This document shows positions 1 to 11,399 of a stretch of 64,000 nucleotides of DNA, piece after piece (the first letter of the stretch is position 1; each line of letters opens with the position of its first letter). The position numbers and the translations under genes were made by a program. Origin of the DNA: Octopus vulgaris. Its lineage: Eukaryota. A model generated the notes under the pieces. It saw only the letters and a list, made by a program, of their open reading frames with translations. It did no database searches and had not been told where the DNA came from. Location: contig OX597814.1 of NCBI GenBank assembly GCA_951406725.2, positions 174,220,001-174,284,000 on the forward strand, read 5' to 3'.

Positions 1-353
1 AACAGACCCAAAAGTGGTGCCCCTTTAAAAGTGCAGCACGGAGCAGACGCCCACTCCTCCAGCTACGTTAGTGATCATAATGAAACAGGCAACTCTTTTC
101 CAGTATTCAGATGGCTACCAGTCCTCCGTGTCAGCCTTTTCTCAACTTTAATCTTTATGCTCTCCAACGGTGCAGATTGTTCACCAATACACCAAGTTGT
201 CCCTTAATAAAGGGCACATAAAAAAGCCTGAAAACTCTGGGTAATATATATATATATATAATACAATACAATTGTTCGTTTGTTTTCCACCTGCCTTCGT
301 CTTTTGTTTATTTTCATAAAGCTTCCCGTTATATATATATATATATACTTTTA

Positions 354-1103
354 TAGTGCCACACCCTAGCAGTTGAGGGAACCTGTGGAAGAGGTAGACC
401 CAGGAAGACCTGGGATGAGGTGGTGAAGCATGACCTTCAAACATTAGGCCTCACCAAGGCAATGGCAAGTGACTAAGACCTTTGGAAATATGCTGTGCTT
501 GAGAAGACCCAGCAAGCCAAGTGAGACCATAACCTGTGGCCTATGCCAGTGGTGTAACCAGCCCACTTATGTGAACCTTTCCTTCATTGGACACTAAACT
601 CTGCTTGCAAAGACCTGTTCAAACAAGTGAAATCAAATTCGAGGACTGGCATCCGTGCTAGTGGAGCGCTAAAAGCACCATCCGAGCAGGATCGTTGCCA
701 GAGCAGCTGACTGGCTTCTGTGCCAGTGACACATAAAAAGCACCATTCGAGCGTGATCGTTACCAGCGGCGCCTTACTGGCAATTATGCTGGTGGTACAT
801 GAAAAAACATTCGAACAAGGTCGTTGCCAGTGCCGCTGGACTGGCTCCTGTGCAGGTGGCACATAAAAAGCACCATTGGAGCGTGGGCATTGCCAGTACC
901 GCCTGACTGGCCCTCGTGCCGGTGGCACATAAAAGCACCCAACACACTCTGGGAGTAGTTGGCTTTAGGAAGGGCATCCAGCTGTAGAAACTCTGCCAGA
1001 TCAGATTGGAGCATGGTGCAGCCATCTATTTCGCCAGTCCTCAGTCAGATCGTCCAACCCATGCTAGCATGGACAGCGGACGTTAAATGATGATGATGAT
1101 GAT
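354..1103 (+). mobile_element. RTE-clade LINE 3' end (ORF C-terminus, tandem-repeat 3' UTR, (GAT)n tail)
   Basis: 372-523 translates VEGTCGRGRPRKTWDEVVKHDLQTLGLTKAMASD*DLWKYAVLEK, the GRPRKTW..DL motif of RTE C-termini. It is followed by ~60-65 bp repeated units and ends ggacgttaaa(tga)n. Confidence 0.85.
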
Positions 1104-1937
1104 TCCTGGTTATGCCCCAACCAGGAATGTACAAGTATATATGCTTCTATATTTCTGGTAAAACGAGGTAAAAGTAGAACAATTCAATTTCCTTTTTAGG
1201 ATGTGTTTTGTTTTCCGTAATGAACTACTATTCGATAATGTGTGTGTGTGTGTGTGTGCATGCGTGTGTGCGCGTGCGTACGTGTATGCTCTCATTTTAC
1301 CTTGACTTACAACGAATAGAATTGTGCCTCTGTGGCTATATGTAACTTCCTCCTAGTTTACAAAACTCGCATATAGTAAATTGTAGATGAATGCTAAAAA
1401 AATTATCGGGAAAAGGAAAAAACCGGGAAAACCCGTTTTCCCTTAGTGCTTTATGGAAAACATCATTTCTATTATTGACAGAATTTCTGGTCAAGGGGGG
1501 TAACTCTTCAAGTGACAATCGACTTTTTTTTCTTACTTTCCCTTTCGTTTGTATATACTTATGTGCGTGCATGTCGCAAGTCTGTTCTCCAGCCACATGG
1601 TTTTGCTTTCACTTCCATTGCTTTGCATCTTGGACAAGTATCTTCTTTTATAGCCTCGAACCAACCAAAGCTTTGTGAGTGAATTTGGTAAATGGAAAAT
1701 GAAACAAGCTAATCGCATGTGTGTGTGTGAGGGAAGGATTTTGGACTTTGTTGGTTTGTTAAAGTATTACTTATAATAACAAAAATCATGATGATATAGA
1801 TATATGCTCCTCAAACAGTGTGCTACCCCTCTCACAAAACCCCATTACACATACTCCACGCTCTTTAAACAACTATATCAATGAAGTTGTAACTTGTTAA
1901 GGAGAAGGCTTGTTTTATGTATATGAAAATAATTTAT

Positions 1938-2354
1938 GGCGATCTTTCGTCTCTGGTAGACCTTTCCGTCGATTTCCGTAAAAAAATTTTTTTTTTAGAT
2001 ATGGGCTTGCGGGAACTTTTGAATTAATATACATACATATATACACATACACCGAGTAAAAAATTTCAGTTATCTCTTTCTTTCACACATTACTCTGTCT
2101 CTTCACACACACTAACAGAAGCACTTCACTTACACAACATACTGTCTGTCTCCCACACCCCATCAAACACACACACACATGTCCATCAATGCTCCCATGC
2201 ACGGTAACTTCAAAAGAACTTCCCTCGTCATACAATCGCTTTCTCTTAGTCTCTTTCGCTCTCATTACTTCAAAAGTTCCCGCAAGCCCATATGTAAAAA
2301 AAAATTTTTTTTACGGAAATCGACGGAAAGGTCTACTAGAGACGAAAGATTGCC
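1938..2354. mobile_element. MITE with ~90 bp TIRs and 8-bp TSD (Merlin-like)
   Basis: Starts GGCGATCTTTCGTCTCTGGTAGACC, ends GGTCTACTAGAGACGAAAGATTGCC. TAATTTAT is duplicated at 1930-1937 and 2355-2362. GG..CC ends with an 8-bp TSD fit Merlin. Confidence 0.85.
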
Positions 2355-3094
2355 TAATTTATTGCTACAACCCACACCAGTGTGGAAAGCGGACGTTAAA
2401 TGATGATGATTAATACAGAAAGTGTTAAATGCAATACAAGAGTAGAGAATATTCAGATGAAACAACATATAGAACAAAAACAGAAAGTCTTTGTTAGAAA
2501 TTCAACATTCTGGCTAATTTTTACACATCAATATATATTCTTGTGGCCATGGCGTGTTTTCTTCTGTTGTGCTAGGCTGAATATGTAGTTGTGTAAACAT
2601 CGATATGTTGAGAGTAAACGCCACCAAAGACTGGAATCACTGTGAAGCTTCCATGCTCAAATGAGCTATATTTGTAGGTTCTGTTCACAGAAGATTCTAG
2701 TCATGCCACCAGGCCATTTCATGAACAACAACCATTAACTGGGTTAAAATTGAGTTTGTGCACATTATCAACATGTAGATTCTATATGGGATTGAACCCA
2801 ACTGCTATAAACACAACAAAAACAAACACATTCACAATAAAAGCTATGCCACTATATTTACTAAACATCAAGTAAAAGAAATGAAGCAAAAACTTGTATG
2901 CAATTACATAGTAATTGATTGATACTTTATTTTATTGACCTCAGTAGGATGAAAGGCAACATTTACCTTAGCAATATTTGAGTTTGGAGCATAAAGAGGG
3001 GAACAAACACCACAATGCATTTTTCTGACCCTCTAATGATTCTGCCAATCCACATCATCATCACCAACACCATGATCAGAAGAAGAAGAAGAAT

Positions 3095-3465
3095 CTTGTC
3101 TACAATAAGCACAAGGCCTGTAATTGGGGCGTGGGGAGCCCCCATTACTCAATAGGTGCTTGTTTTATTGACCCTTGAATGATGAAAAGTAAAGTTGATG
3201 ATGAAAAGTAAAGTTGGCAAAATTTGAACACAGTGCATCAGAAAAAATAATTATGAGTGCTATCTGTAATTTTAGCATGAGGCCAAGAATTTTGCGGGAG
3301 GAGGAAGTTAATTGCATTGACCCTAGTGCTCAGCTGGTACTTATTTTATCGGCCCCAAAAGGATGAAAGGCAAGGTTGACCTTGGCAGAATTTGAACTCA
3401 GAACATAAAGGCAGAAATGCTGCTAAGTATTTTGTCTGGCATGCTTACAACTCTGCTGCCTTAAT
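3095..3465 (-). mobile_element. Two degraded tRNA-derived SINE family A copies
   Basis: Shared core ggtacttattttatcgaccc..ggatgaaaggcaaagtcgacc..gaatttgaactcagaac, the reverse complement of the B-box plus central domain. Confidence 0.75.
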
Positions 3466-3470
3466 GATAA

Positions 3471-3940
3471 TCATCATCATTTAACGTCCGCTTTCCATGC
3501 TAGCATGGGATGGACGATTTGACTGAGGACTGGTGAACCAGATGGCTGCGCCAGGCTCTAATCTTGATCTGGCAGTTTCTACAGCTGGATGCCCTTCCTA
3601 ACGCCAACCACTCCGAGAGTGTAGTGGGTGTTTTTACGTGCCACCGGCACGAGAGCCAGTCAGGCAGTACTGGCAATGGCCACGCTCAAATGGTGTTTTT
3701 TACATGCCACCTGCACAGGAGCCAGTCCAGCAGCACTGGCAATGACCTTGCTCGAATATTTTTTCACGTACCACCAGCACAATTGCCAGTGAGGCGCCGC
3801 TGGTAACAATCACACTCAAATGGTACTTTTTACATGCCACCAGCATGGAAGCCAGTTTGCTACTCTGTCAACAATCATGCTCGGATGGTGCTCTTAGCGC
3901 TCCACTAGCACGGATGCCAGTCATCGAATTTGATTTCGAT
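3471..3940 (-). mobile_element. RTE LINE 3' UTR fragment
   Basis: Reverse-complement match to 640-1103, starting with the (cat)n tttaacgtccgctttccatgctagcatgg tail. Confidence 0.85.
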
Positions 3941-3944
3941 AATA

Positions 3945-4165
3945 ATAATCCTTTCTACAATAGATACAGAGCTTGAAGTTTTGGAAGAAGCTGGTAGTTG
4001 ATTACATCAACCCATTACTCAACTGGTACTCATTTCATCAACCCTTGAACAGATGAAAGGTAAAGTGGACCTCAATGGAATTTCAACTCAGAACGTAAAG
4101 CTGAAAGAAATGCTGCCAGACATTTTGTCCAGTGTGCTAATGATTGTGCCAGCTTACCATCTTAA
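3945..4165 (-). mobile_element. SINE family A (alternative tail)
   Basis: Family A core with a tail reading ...tgtagaaaggattattatt on the minus strand. Confidence 0.75.
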
Positions 4166-4894
4166 TGATGATGACGACAACAATAACGACGTCAATGACG
4201 ATGGCATTATATATTATAAAGCAAAAAAAAAAAAATGTTATCCAAAACCAAGGAGATTTAATTTGTAAAAGGTGTCTAGTAAAACATAAAAATGCTGGAA
4301 GACATGTCAAATAGAGAGGTAAAAGAAGGAAAGAGTGTACATAACACACACACACACACACATACATGTAAACCATGTGTTTGTAAGAGTGCATATATGT
4401 ATGTAGAGTTTGTTTGTATGTGTATATACAAATGCACACACACACATGTATATGCATATACATACATACACACATGTTTGAAGCTAACTAGTAAACTGGC
4501 TGATATGAGAATATGATATTCTATTTTATTTGTAACAATAAGATATATAAAAAACATGTGGCAGGGTGGGGTTATGCATGTGTGTGTGCATGTATGTACA
4601 CCTATGTATTTAGGGATAGATACATGAATGAATGGATAAATGGATTGGTGTATATGTTTGTGTTTATAATCAGATTAAGATTTCATATACAAAACATCAG
4701 ATGGCCCAGACAACACATGAGTGACAGTTCTGTAAATAATAAGCATCTGCCGCAATATAGCATCATTATCTTTAGGGCTTATGGCATATTTTTTGTATCA
4801 AACTAAAGCTCAGGTATGAAGGCTTTGTGACATGAATGAATTAATTTTTCCTTGTAAAGACTCATTCACCAGCACACTATAACCCTTAACCCAT

Positions 4895-5130
4895 ATATTT
4901 CTTTATTGCCCACAAGGGGCTAAACATAGAGGAGACAAACAAGGACAGACAAAGGGATTAAGTCGATTACATCAACCCCATTGCGTAACTGGTACTTAAT
5001 TTATCAACCCCGAAAGGATGAAAGGCAAAGTCGACCTCGGCGGAATTTGAACCCAGAACGTAACGGCAGACTAAATACAGCTAAGCATTTAGCCCGGCAT
5101 GCTAACGTTTCTGCCAGCTCACCACCTTAA
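4895..5130 (-). mobile_element. SINE family A, full length, Tx1-like tail
   Basis: Minus strand AAGGTGGTGAGCTGGCAGAAACGTTAGC (A box region)...GGTTCAAATTCC (B box)...CCCCTTGTGGGCAATAAAGAAATA. Flanked by taacccttRacccata duplication. Confidence 0.9.
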
Positions 5131-5435
5131 CCCTTGACCCATAAGCAATGTCAAAGCATCTACATGATTATTTGACCTGGTAGAAATATTAGCCAAGTAC
5201 CCTTCAGACCATTCTTTGTGCATTAAATATTTTAGTTTGGGGTATACAATGTTTAAGAAAAGGCAGGATGGTGATGGTATGAACAGCATTGTTTATAGTT
5301 CTCCTTTGTCGAGGCTGTCCTGGGGCTAGGTAATCACAACAGTCTCTGGCCTGCAGATGCACTATCTCCTCTCTCTATCTATATTGCTACTGCTATAATA
5401 GTCTCTGCTACTCTTAATTAGCAAGCTGTATATCT

Positions 5436-5652
5436 ATTTCTCTGCTACCCACAAGGGGCTAAATACAGAGAGGACAAACAGATTAAGTCAATTATATTGA
5501 CCCCAGTGCATAACTGGTACTTATTTAATCGACCCCGAAAGGATGAAAGGCAAAGTCGACCTCAGCGGAATTTGAACTGAGAACATAAAGACAGACGAAA
5601 TACCACTAAGCATTTCGCCCGGCATGCTAACGACTCTGCCAGCTCGCCACTT
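5436..5652 (-). mobile_element. SINE family A
   Basis: Near-identical to 4895-5130. Confidence 0.9.
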
Positions 5653-6129
5653 CTACATAGATAACCACCCCATTTATCCTCCTCATATTACTAATACTAT
5701 GTTTCAGCCTCTGCTTCCTCTCACCTTCCATATTGTATTGCATGCCCACTCTTCCCAGATCTTGCACTAATTGCCATTCCCAAATTTTTCATTTTATCCC
5801 CTAGGACATCAACCCTTTGGTATTCTCTCCCTCACCCATCTTTCCTGTGGACGTCAGTTTTGAGATGTTTAAAACAATATCAATGTTACTATTCTCAGAG
5901 GGCCTGCAAATGTCATGAGAACTGCCCACTTCTTTATGTTAGTAATTTTTAGAAAAATGAACATTCTGAATGTAAGTCATGCTGGACTATTTTGACTTTT
6001 CATTCCACCCAGATCAATAAAATAAAAAGCACTCTAGACTCATAAAGTTAAGGTGCTGGACTATGAATTTATCATGACCATATTGTTAGCAGTACTTTAA
6101 ACTTCACTGCACCAGAATGCCTCAAACTA

Positions 6130-6348
6130 CTGATTTCAAGTTTTAGGACAAAGCCAGCAATTTAGTGGGAGGTGGGTATGCTGATTACATCCACCCCAGT
6201 GCTCAACTGGTACTTATTTTATCAACCCTGAAAAGATGAAAGGCAAAATGGACCTCAGCAGAATTTGAACTCAGAACATAAAGACAGACAAAATGCTGTT
6301 AAGCATGTTGCCTGGTGTGCTAACGATGCTGCCAGCTCGCTGTCTTAA
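6130..6348 (-). mobile_element. SINE family A (alternative tail)
   Basis: Family A head and core with a different tail (..aaattgctggctttgtcctaaaacttgaaatc). Confidence 0.8.
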
Positions 6349-6372
6349 TGCCTCAAAATATTAATATCTTAC

Positions 6373-6869
6373 AGTGAAACAAATTTACAAAGGGAAAGCA
6401 AAGTACATGCTGTGTTGTGCAAAAAGTTGGATCAACCCAATCAGGTTTGTTCTTATAGCTAAAGAAATTAAAATAGCAATTTTAGCAAAAATAGAAATTA
6501 AACTAACAATTTTATCTATGTTCTGTGGGCCATGTTTTTTAAAATCTCTCTGGAAAGAATAAAGACTTGATTGCAACATTTAGTAAATATGAGAGACAAT
6601 AAAGACAATATTTCAGTCTCAAAAGCCATTATGTTATAGCTCTAGGTAAACACTGCTTCAGTTATCCAAATGACAAAATGAGTTTTGTATAACTGACTTC
6701 ACAGTTGGTTGCTTACCATGGAAAAAGCCATCCAATTGTGAAAAAGCTATTGCTTCAAAGAAAAACGAATAAAAAAGTAAAAATAACATTACCTCACAAT
6801 AGAAAAAGAAATCAGAAATACAAACAATATTTTGTTTGGAAAATTATTGCCAAAGAATTTGAAATATGC
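6373..6869 (-). other. Candidate spliced exon cluster (6717-6869 and 6373-6549 or 6373-6458)
   Basis: Minus-strand acceptors ttacag|6869, tttattctttccag|6549 and tttctttag|6458; donors CATG|gtaagc at 6717 and ACT|gtaaga at 6373. ATG at 6789 opens MLFLLFYSFFFEAIAFSQLDGFFH; 6458-6373 encodes YKNKPDWVDPTFCTTQHVLCFPFVNLFH. Phases do not join cleanly. Confidence 0.3.
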
Positions 6870-6903
6870 CTGTAACATTAAACTTAAACCTTAAAAATAT
6901 ATA

Positions 6904-8044
6904 AAGGGTGTGGTGAATATATTGTCTTCTAAATTATGGCAAAATGAAAATAACACTGACATCTCATTTTAACAGATATATTTACCAAAATTACATAGAA
7001 GTATCTTGAAATACTAAAGAGTAAATTTATTGAAAATAAAATCGCCATTGGCTTCGACCACAGTCTCCAGACAACTTCAGAGCCTCCTGCAACTCTTCTG
7101 GACAGTCTCCCTGTTTAAGTTGGTGAATGCTGCCATAATCCTTACCTTCAGTTCATCTTTGATGTTACAAGGAGTTTTCTTGGTCTCTCACTCAACTGTG
7201 CCCCATACATAATAATCAAGGGGGTTGCAGTCTGGGGAGTTAGGTGACCAAATGTTAGGGGTGATGTGGTTTCAGAAATTGTCTGACAACCATGACTGGG
7301 TTCTCCTGCTTGTGTGGCATAGTGCAGATTCCTGTTGCCAGACATAGGGTCTTCCAGCAGCCATCCTCTTTACCCAGGACAGCACCACCTCCTCAAGGCA
7401 CTTGATGTAGGCCTCTGTATTGAGTCTGAGGCCGCGTGGGAAGATGAAAGGAGGCATAACGTCGCCATCACTAGTGATCACTCCAAACACCATTATGTTG
7501 ACTGGATGTTTGATTTTTATCAATACCAATACAGGTTTTGGGGACATGGCAAGCCAATGGTTGTTGTGTGTTCACCATCTGTTTGTATTGGAGCTTCTTA
7601 TTTCTTTATTGCCCACAAGGGGCTAAACATAGAGGGGACAAACAAGGACAGACAAAGGGCTTAAGTCGATAACATCAACCCCAGTGCATAACTGGTACTT
7701 TATTTATCGACCCTGAAAGGATGAAAGGCAAAGTCGACCTCGGTGGAATTTTAACTCAGAACGTAACGGCAGACGAATTACTGCTAAGCATTTCGCCCAG
7801 TGCGGTAACGATTCTGCCAGTTCGCCGCCTTATTGGAGCTCGTATTGGAGCTTCTGTCACAAATACCAAGCAGTACAGTATGTTGTTTCCAAATTTTTGA
7901 TAGAGTGAATTGTATCATGGTACTGTTTTTCTCACAGATGGTGTCCAACTGACTGTACTGTGTAGTCAACAAAATCAAAAACAAAGAATATGCATGCACG
8001 AAATTTAAAATATAAAATTGCGACAATTTACCCATGACACCCTG
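6904..8044 (-). mobile_element. Internally deleted Tc1/mariner DD37D (maT) transposon
   Basis: IMVFGVITSDGDVMPPFIF..VWQQ(E)SALCH..WSPNSPDCNPLDYYVWG, with 37 residues between the last two catalytic positions. Imperfect TIRs TA|cagggtgt..attgtc (8044) and TA|aagggtgt..attgtc (6904). Confidence 0.85.
7599..7831 (-). mobile_element. SINE family A inserted in the maT element
   Basis: Full-length copy with TSD GTATTGGAGCTTCT at 7585-7598 and 7842-7855. Confidence 0.9.
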
Positions 8045-8607
8045 TACATATTAGTGTGTAATTAGAAGGAATGACTGCTTTTTAAAATATTGCAGAATGT
8101 GAATTTTGTTGTTTATTTTATTGTTGTTGTAGTTGTAATGGACAGTGTACAAAAACAGCTGGCAAAACCCTTTATCTCTCTCCAATTTCACCCCAATTGT
8201 TCCCACCCATAAAGTAAACACACATGTGTGGTTGTACCTGTGTTATAAGGATTTCAACTGAGTGAGTTCTCAAAATGTGTTCACCATTAGTTATTTAATT
8301 CATAAAAAGACATAATATTAATATAAATGTTAGGATATTAATTATATTTACATGAAATTTCACCTCACTATGTATGTGACATTATTATGATTGCTGTTTG
8401 ATCCCAAGCCACCCCTGATGGAATAGACCTTTGAACAAATGGATTCCAACCATAATAATTTCATTTTAGATTATGTTATCAAATTCGGCCTTCATTTTTT
8501 TAAAGCAGTAGGGAGTAATTTTAAGGATTTTTAATTGTTGCTTCTAGCAATTTCTTTATTACTTCAGTGATGATGATTACACAGTAACAATTTTTTTTTC
8601 TTTTGGT

Positions 8608-9012
8608 CCTGGCAGAAATGTTAACACACCAGGCGAAATGCTTAGTGGTATTTCGTCTGTCGCTACGTTCTGAGTTCAAATTCCGTCGAGGTTGACTTTG
8701 CTTTTCATCCTTTCAGGGTCGATCAAATAAGTACCACTTATGCACTGGGGTCGATGTAATCGACTTAATCTATTTGTCTGTCCTTGTTTGTCCCCCCTGT
8801 GTTTAGCCCCTTGTGGGTAGTAAAGAAATAGGTATTTCATCTGTCACTACGTTCTGAGTTCATCCGCAGAGGTCGGCTTTGCCTTTCATCCTTTCGGGGT
8901 CGATTAAATAAGTACCAGTTATGCACTGGGGTTGATGCAATCGACTTAATCCGTTTGCCTGTCCTTGTTTGTCCCCTATGTGTTTAGCCCCTTGTGGGTA
9001 GTAAAGAAATAG
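8608..9012 (+). mobile_element. SINE family A head-to-tail dimer
   Basis: Unit 1 ends aaagaaata at 8830; unit 2 restarts at the internal ggtatttc motif and ends aaagaaata near 9011. Confidence 0.9.
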
Positions 9013-9028
9013 GTCTTTTGTCTAGAAG

Positions 9029-9380
9029 TGTTATTTCCTATTTGCTTCTATCTAGAAATCAAAGGAAATTACTACTATTCTCTTCAAACTTTGCTTTTGT
9101 AACCTGGACTTCAATATTTTGAAATTGACCTCTTTTCCATTACATTTCAGACAAATTCAGTGTTGAGCTGCTGAAGCAGAAATATCATTATAGCAAATAT
9201 TCTGCTCAATACCACAAATTTGCTTGTCAGTTGCTTAACCATAACTAATTGAGTAATGGGGGAAGCATCATAGCTATGTGTTGAGAGGGATTCTTTGGGA
9301 TTTAAATGTAACAAAAGTAGTTTTAAGGAAATATAAGCCATTTTTCATACTTTCTAGGGGTAAGCAAATAAGAAATAACA
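9029..9380. mobile_element. MITE with ~30 bp TIRs
   Basis: tgttatttcctatttgcttctatctagaaa ... tttctaggggtaagcaaataagaaataaca are inverted complements; superfamily not assignable. Confidence 0.65.
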
Positions 9381-9910
9381 GCTGCTACTCAAGGACAAAA
9401 ATTGTTACACAGTGTTATATTTTGGGCAGTGTTGCTGTTGTTGGTAGTGTTGTCATCGCTGCTGCTGCTGTTGTTGTGGGGGCGGGGTTACTGCTGCTGG
9501 TATAAGCATCATCAGTTATGGCAGGTGTGGATGTAGTGATGGCGGTAACTATGATTATAATGATCATGATAAATATTGTAATATGTCTTAACTCGTTATC
9601 TTATCAAATACACTTTCATAAATGAAAATTCCAAAAAAAAATCAAAATCAAAGCAAAAAGCATTAGTGTCAAAAACAACAATAGCAAAAATAATGACAGG
9701 ATTGAGCAAATTATAAACTGTTGCTCTGGGGTTGCTAACTATCTAATCCCTAGGTTGAAAGATTAGAAGCAACAAAGATTAACATACAAGAGATAGAAAT
9801 TATAAGTACAAAATACAACACACATCTACACGCATAAGCTTCAGAAGGCAATACAATAGTAGTATGTACCTGCTATCAAATGCAACTACCTATTTGTAAA
9901 CAAGAAAACA

Positions 9911-9945
<35 letters not shown>

Positions 9946-10429
9946 TCTCTCTTGCACACACACCATTCATTTGAAAATACTAGGCTAGTGATGTTAGTGA
10001 AAATAATAGTAAGTTGTTACAGCATTCCAGACATCCCACTTTATATAAGTGCTAGATTAAACAGTCTCTAAATCCCTCTTATAGAGACCTCCAATGCTCT
10101 TTATATAGCATTTTCAGATACAGAATATATACTTTAGCTTGAAAAAAAAATCTGCCTGCTTGTCTTTCAATAAAGGACACACATACTCTACACAGGGCTA
10201 TATGATTATTTGATCTGCTATAAATTGTAGCTAAATTTCTTTCAAATAAAATATCACCATTTAAAAAAAAACCCATCGTGTAATAAACTTATGTTCCCTT
10301 TTGCCATACTAGCATGGATTACATGAGATATCTTAATGCAATATTCTCTAGATTATATTCTTTAAAAAATGTTTGGTTTGCTTGATCAGGGCTAATTTGT
10401 GGCTAAACAATTAAAAATAAATAAATGAA

Positions 10430-10843
10430 GCGCAGGAGTGGCTGTGTAGTAAGTAGCTTGCTTACCAACCACATGGTTCCGGGTTCAGTCCCACTGCATG
10501 GCACCTTGGGCAAGTGTCTTCTACTATAGCCTTGGGCTGACCAATGCCTTGTGAGTGGATTTGGTAGACGGAAACTGAAAGAAGCCCATCGTATATATGT
10601 ATATATATATATATGTATGTGTGTGTATATATGTTTGTGTGTCTGTGTTTGTCACCACAACATCACTTGACAACCGATGCTAGTGTGAAAACGTCCCCGT
10701 AACTTAGCGGTTCGGCAAAGAGACCAATAGAATAAGTACTAGGTTTACAAAGAATAAGTCCCGGGGTCAATTTGCTCGACTAAATGTGGTGCTCCAGCAT
10801 AGCCGCAGTCAAACGACTGAAACAAGTAAAAGAGAGTAAAGAG
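10430..10843 (+). mobile_element. tRNA-derived SINE family B (CORE-like, internal microsatellite, CR1-like tail)
   Basis: Head GAGTGGCTGTGTAGTAAG..GGTTCAGTCCC, CORE-like accttgggcaagtgtctt, (TA)/(TG) spacer, tail gtgctccagcat..gactgaaacaagtaaaagag. At least five copies in the window. Confidence 0.9.
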
Positions 10844-11399
10844 AGGCCAATAATGTATCCCTGTCATATTTGCAACTGATTTTGTATCCACTTTTCACAG
10901 ACTTATTTGTTGTCATTGCTGTGGAATACCACATAGATTCAATAGAAGAATTAATCATGAAGCTTGGAAAACTGGGAACTAGTCAACAACTGAGAAATGA
11001 ATTAACAGCCTCTTTACTGTCTCTATTTCCATATAAAGACTTGTCTACAGTGCTGCAAAATAATTAAATACTGATTAACCATACAGTTATTGCAACACTC
11101 ACACGTGCAACCTTTATCTAACCATGATACAATTTTTACAGCTGGGAAGACTTAGTTTGCAAAATTTAAGTAATTGGGACATTGATTCATACATAAAAAA
11201 GGATTTCAAATATAAATATTTACTTACAAATATCAATGTGGTTATAGTAAATACAGAGTCTATGCAAAAGAGAGCAAACATTTTAGAAAGCCAATTTATT
11301 GCATCATTTACAATTTAATTAGACTTGTTTTGATGAAAACAATTTCCTCTGCTGCTGGTTCAGTGCTTTCCAATGATTTTTCTAGTTTAGGAATGTGAT

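Noticed and set aside
640-945. CRISPR-like array of palindromic repeats
   Set aside because: The 'spacers' are homologous to each other, the array lies in an RTE LINE 3' UTR repeated across the window, there are no cas genes, and the DNA is eukaryotic.
10870-11067. Possible plus-strand exon DLFVVIAVEYHIDSIEELIMKLGK..
   Set aside because: An acceptor is present, but there is no donor, partner exon or recognisable homology.
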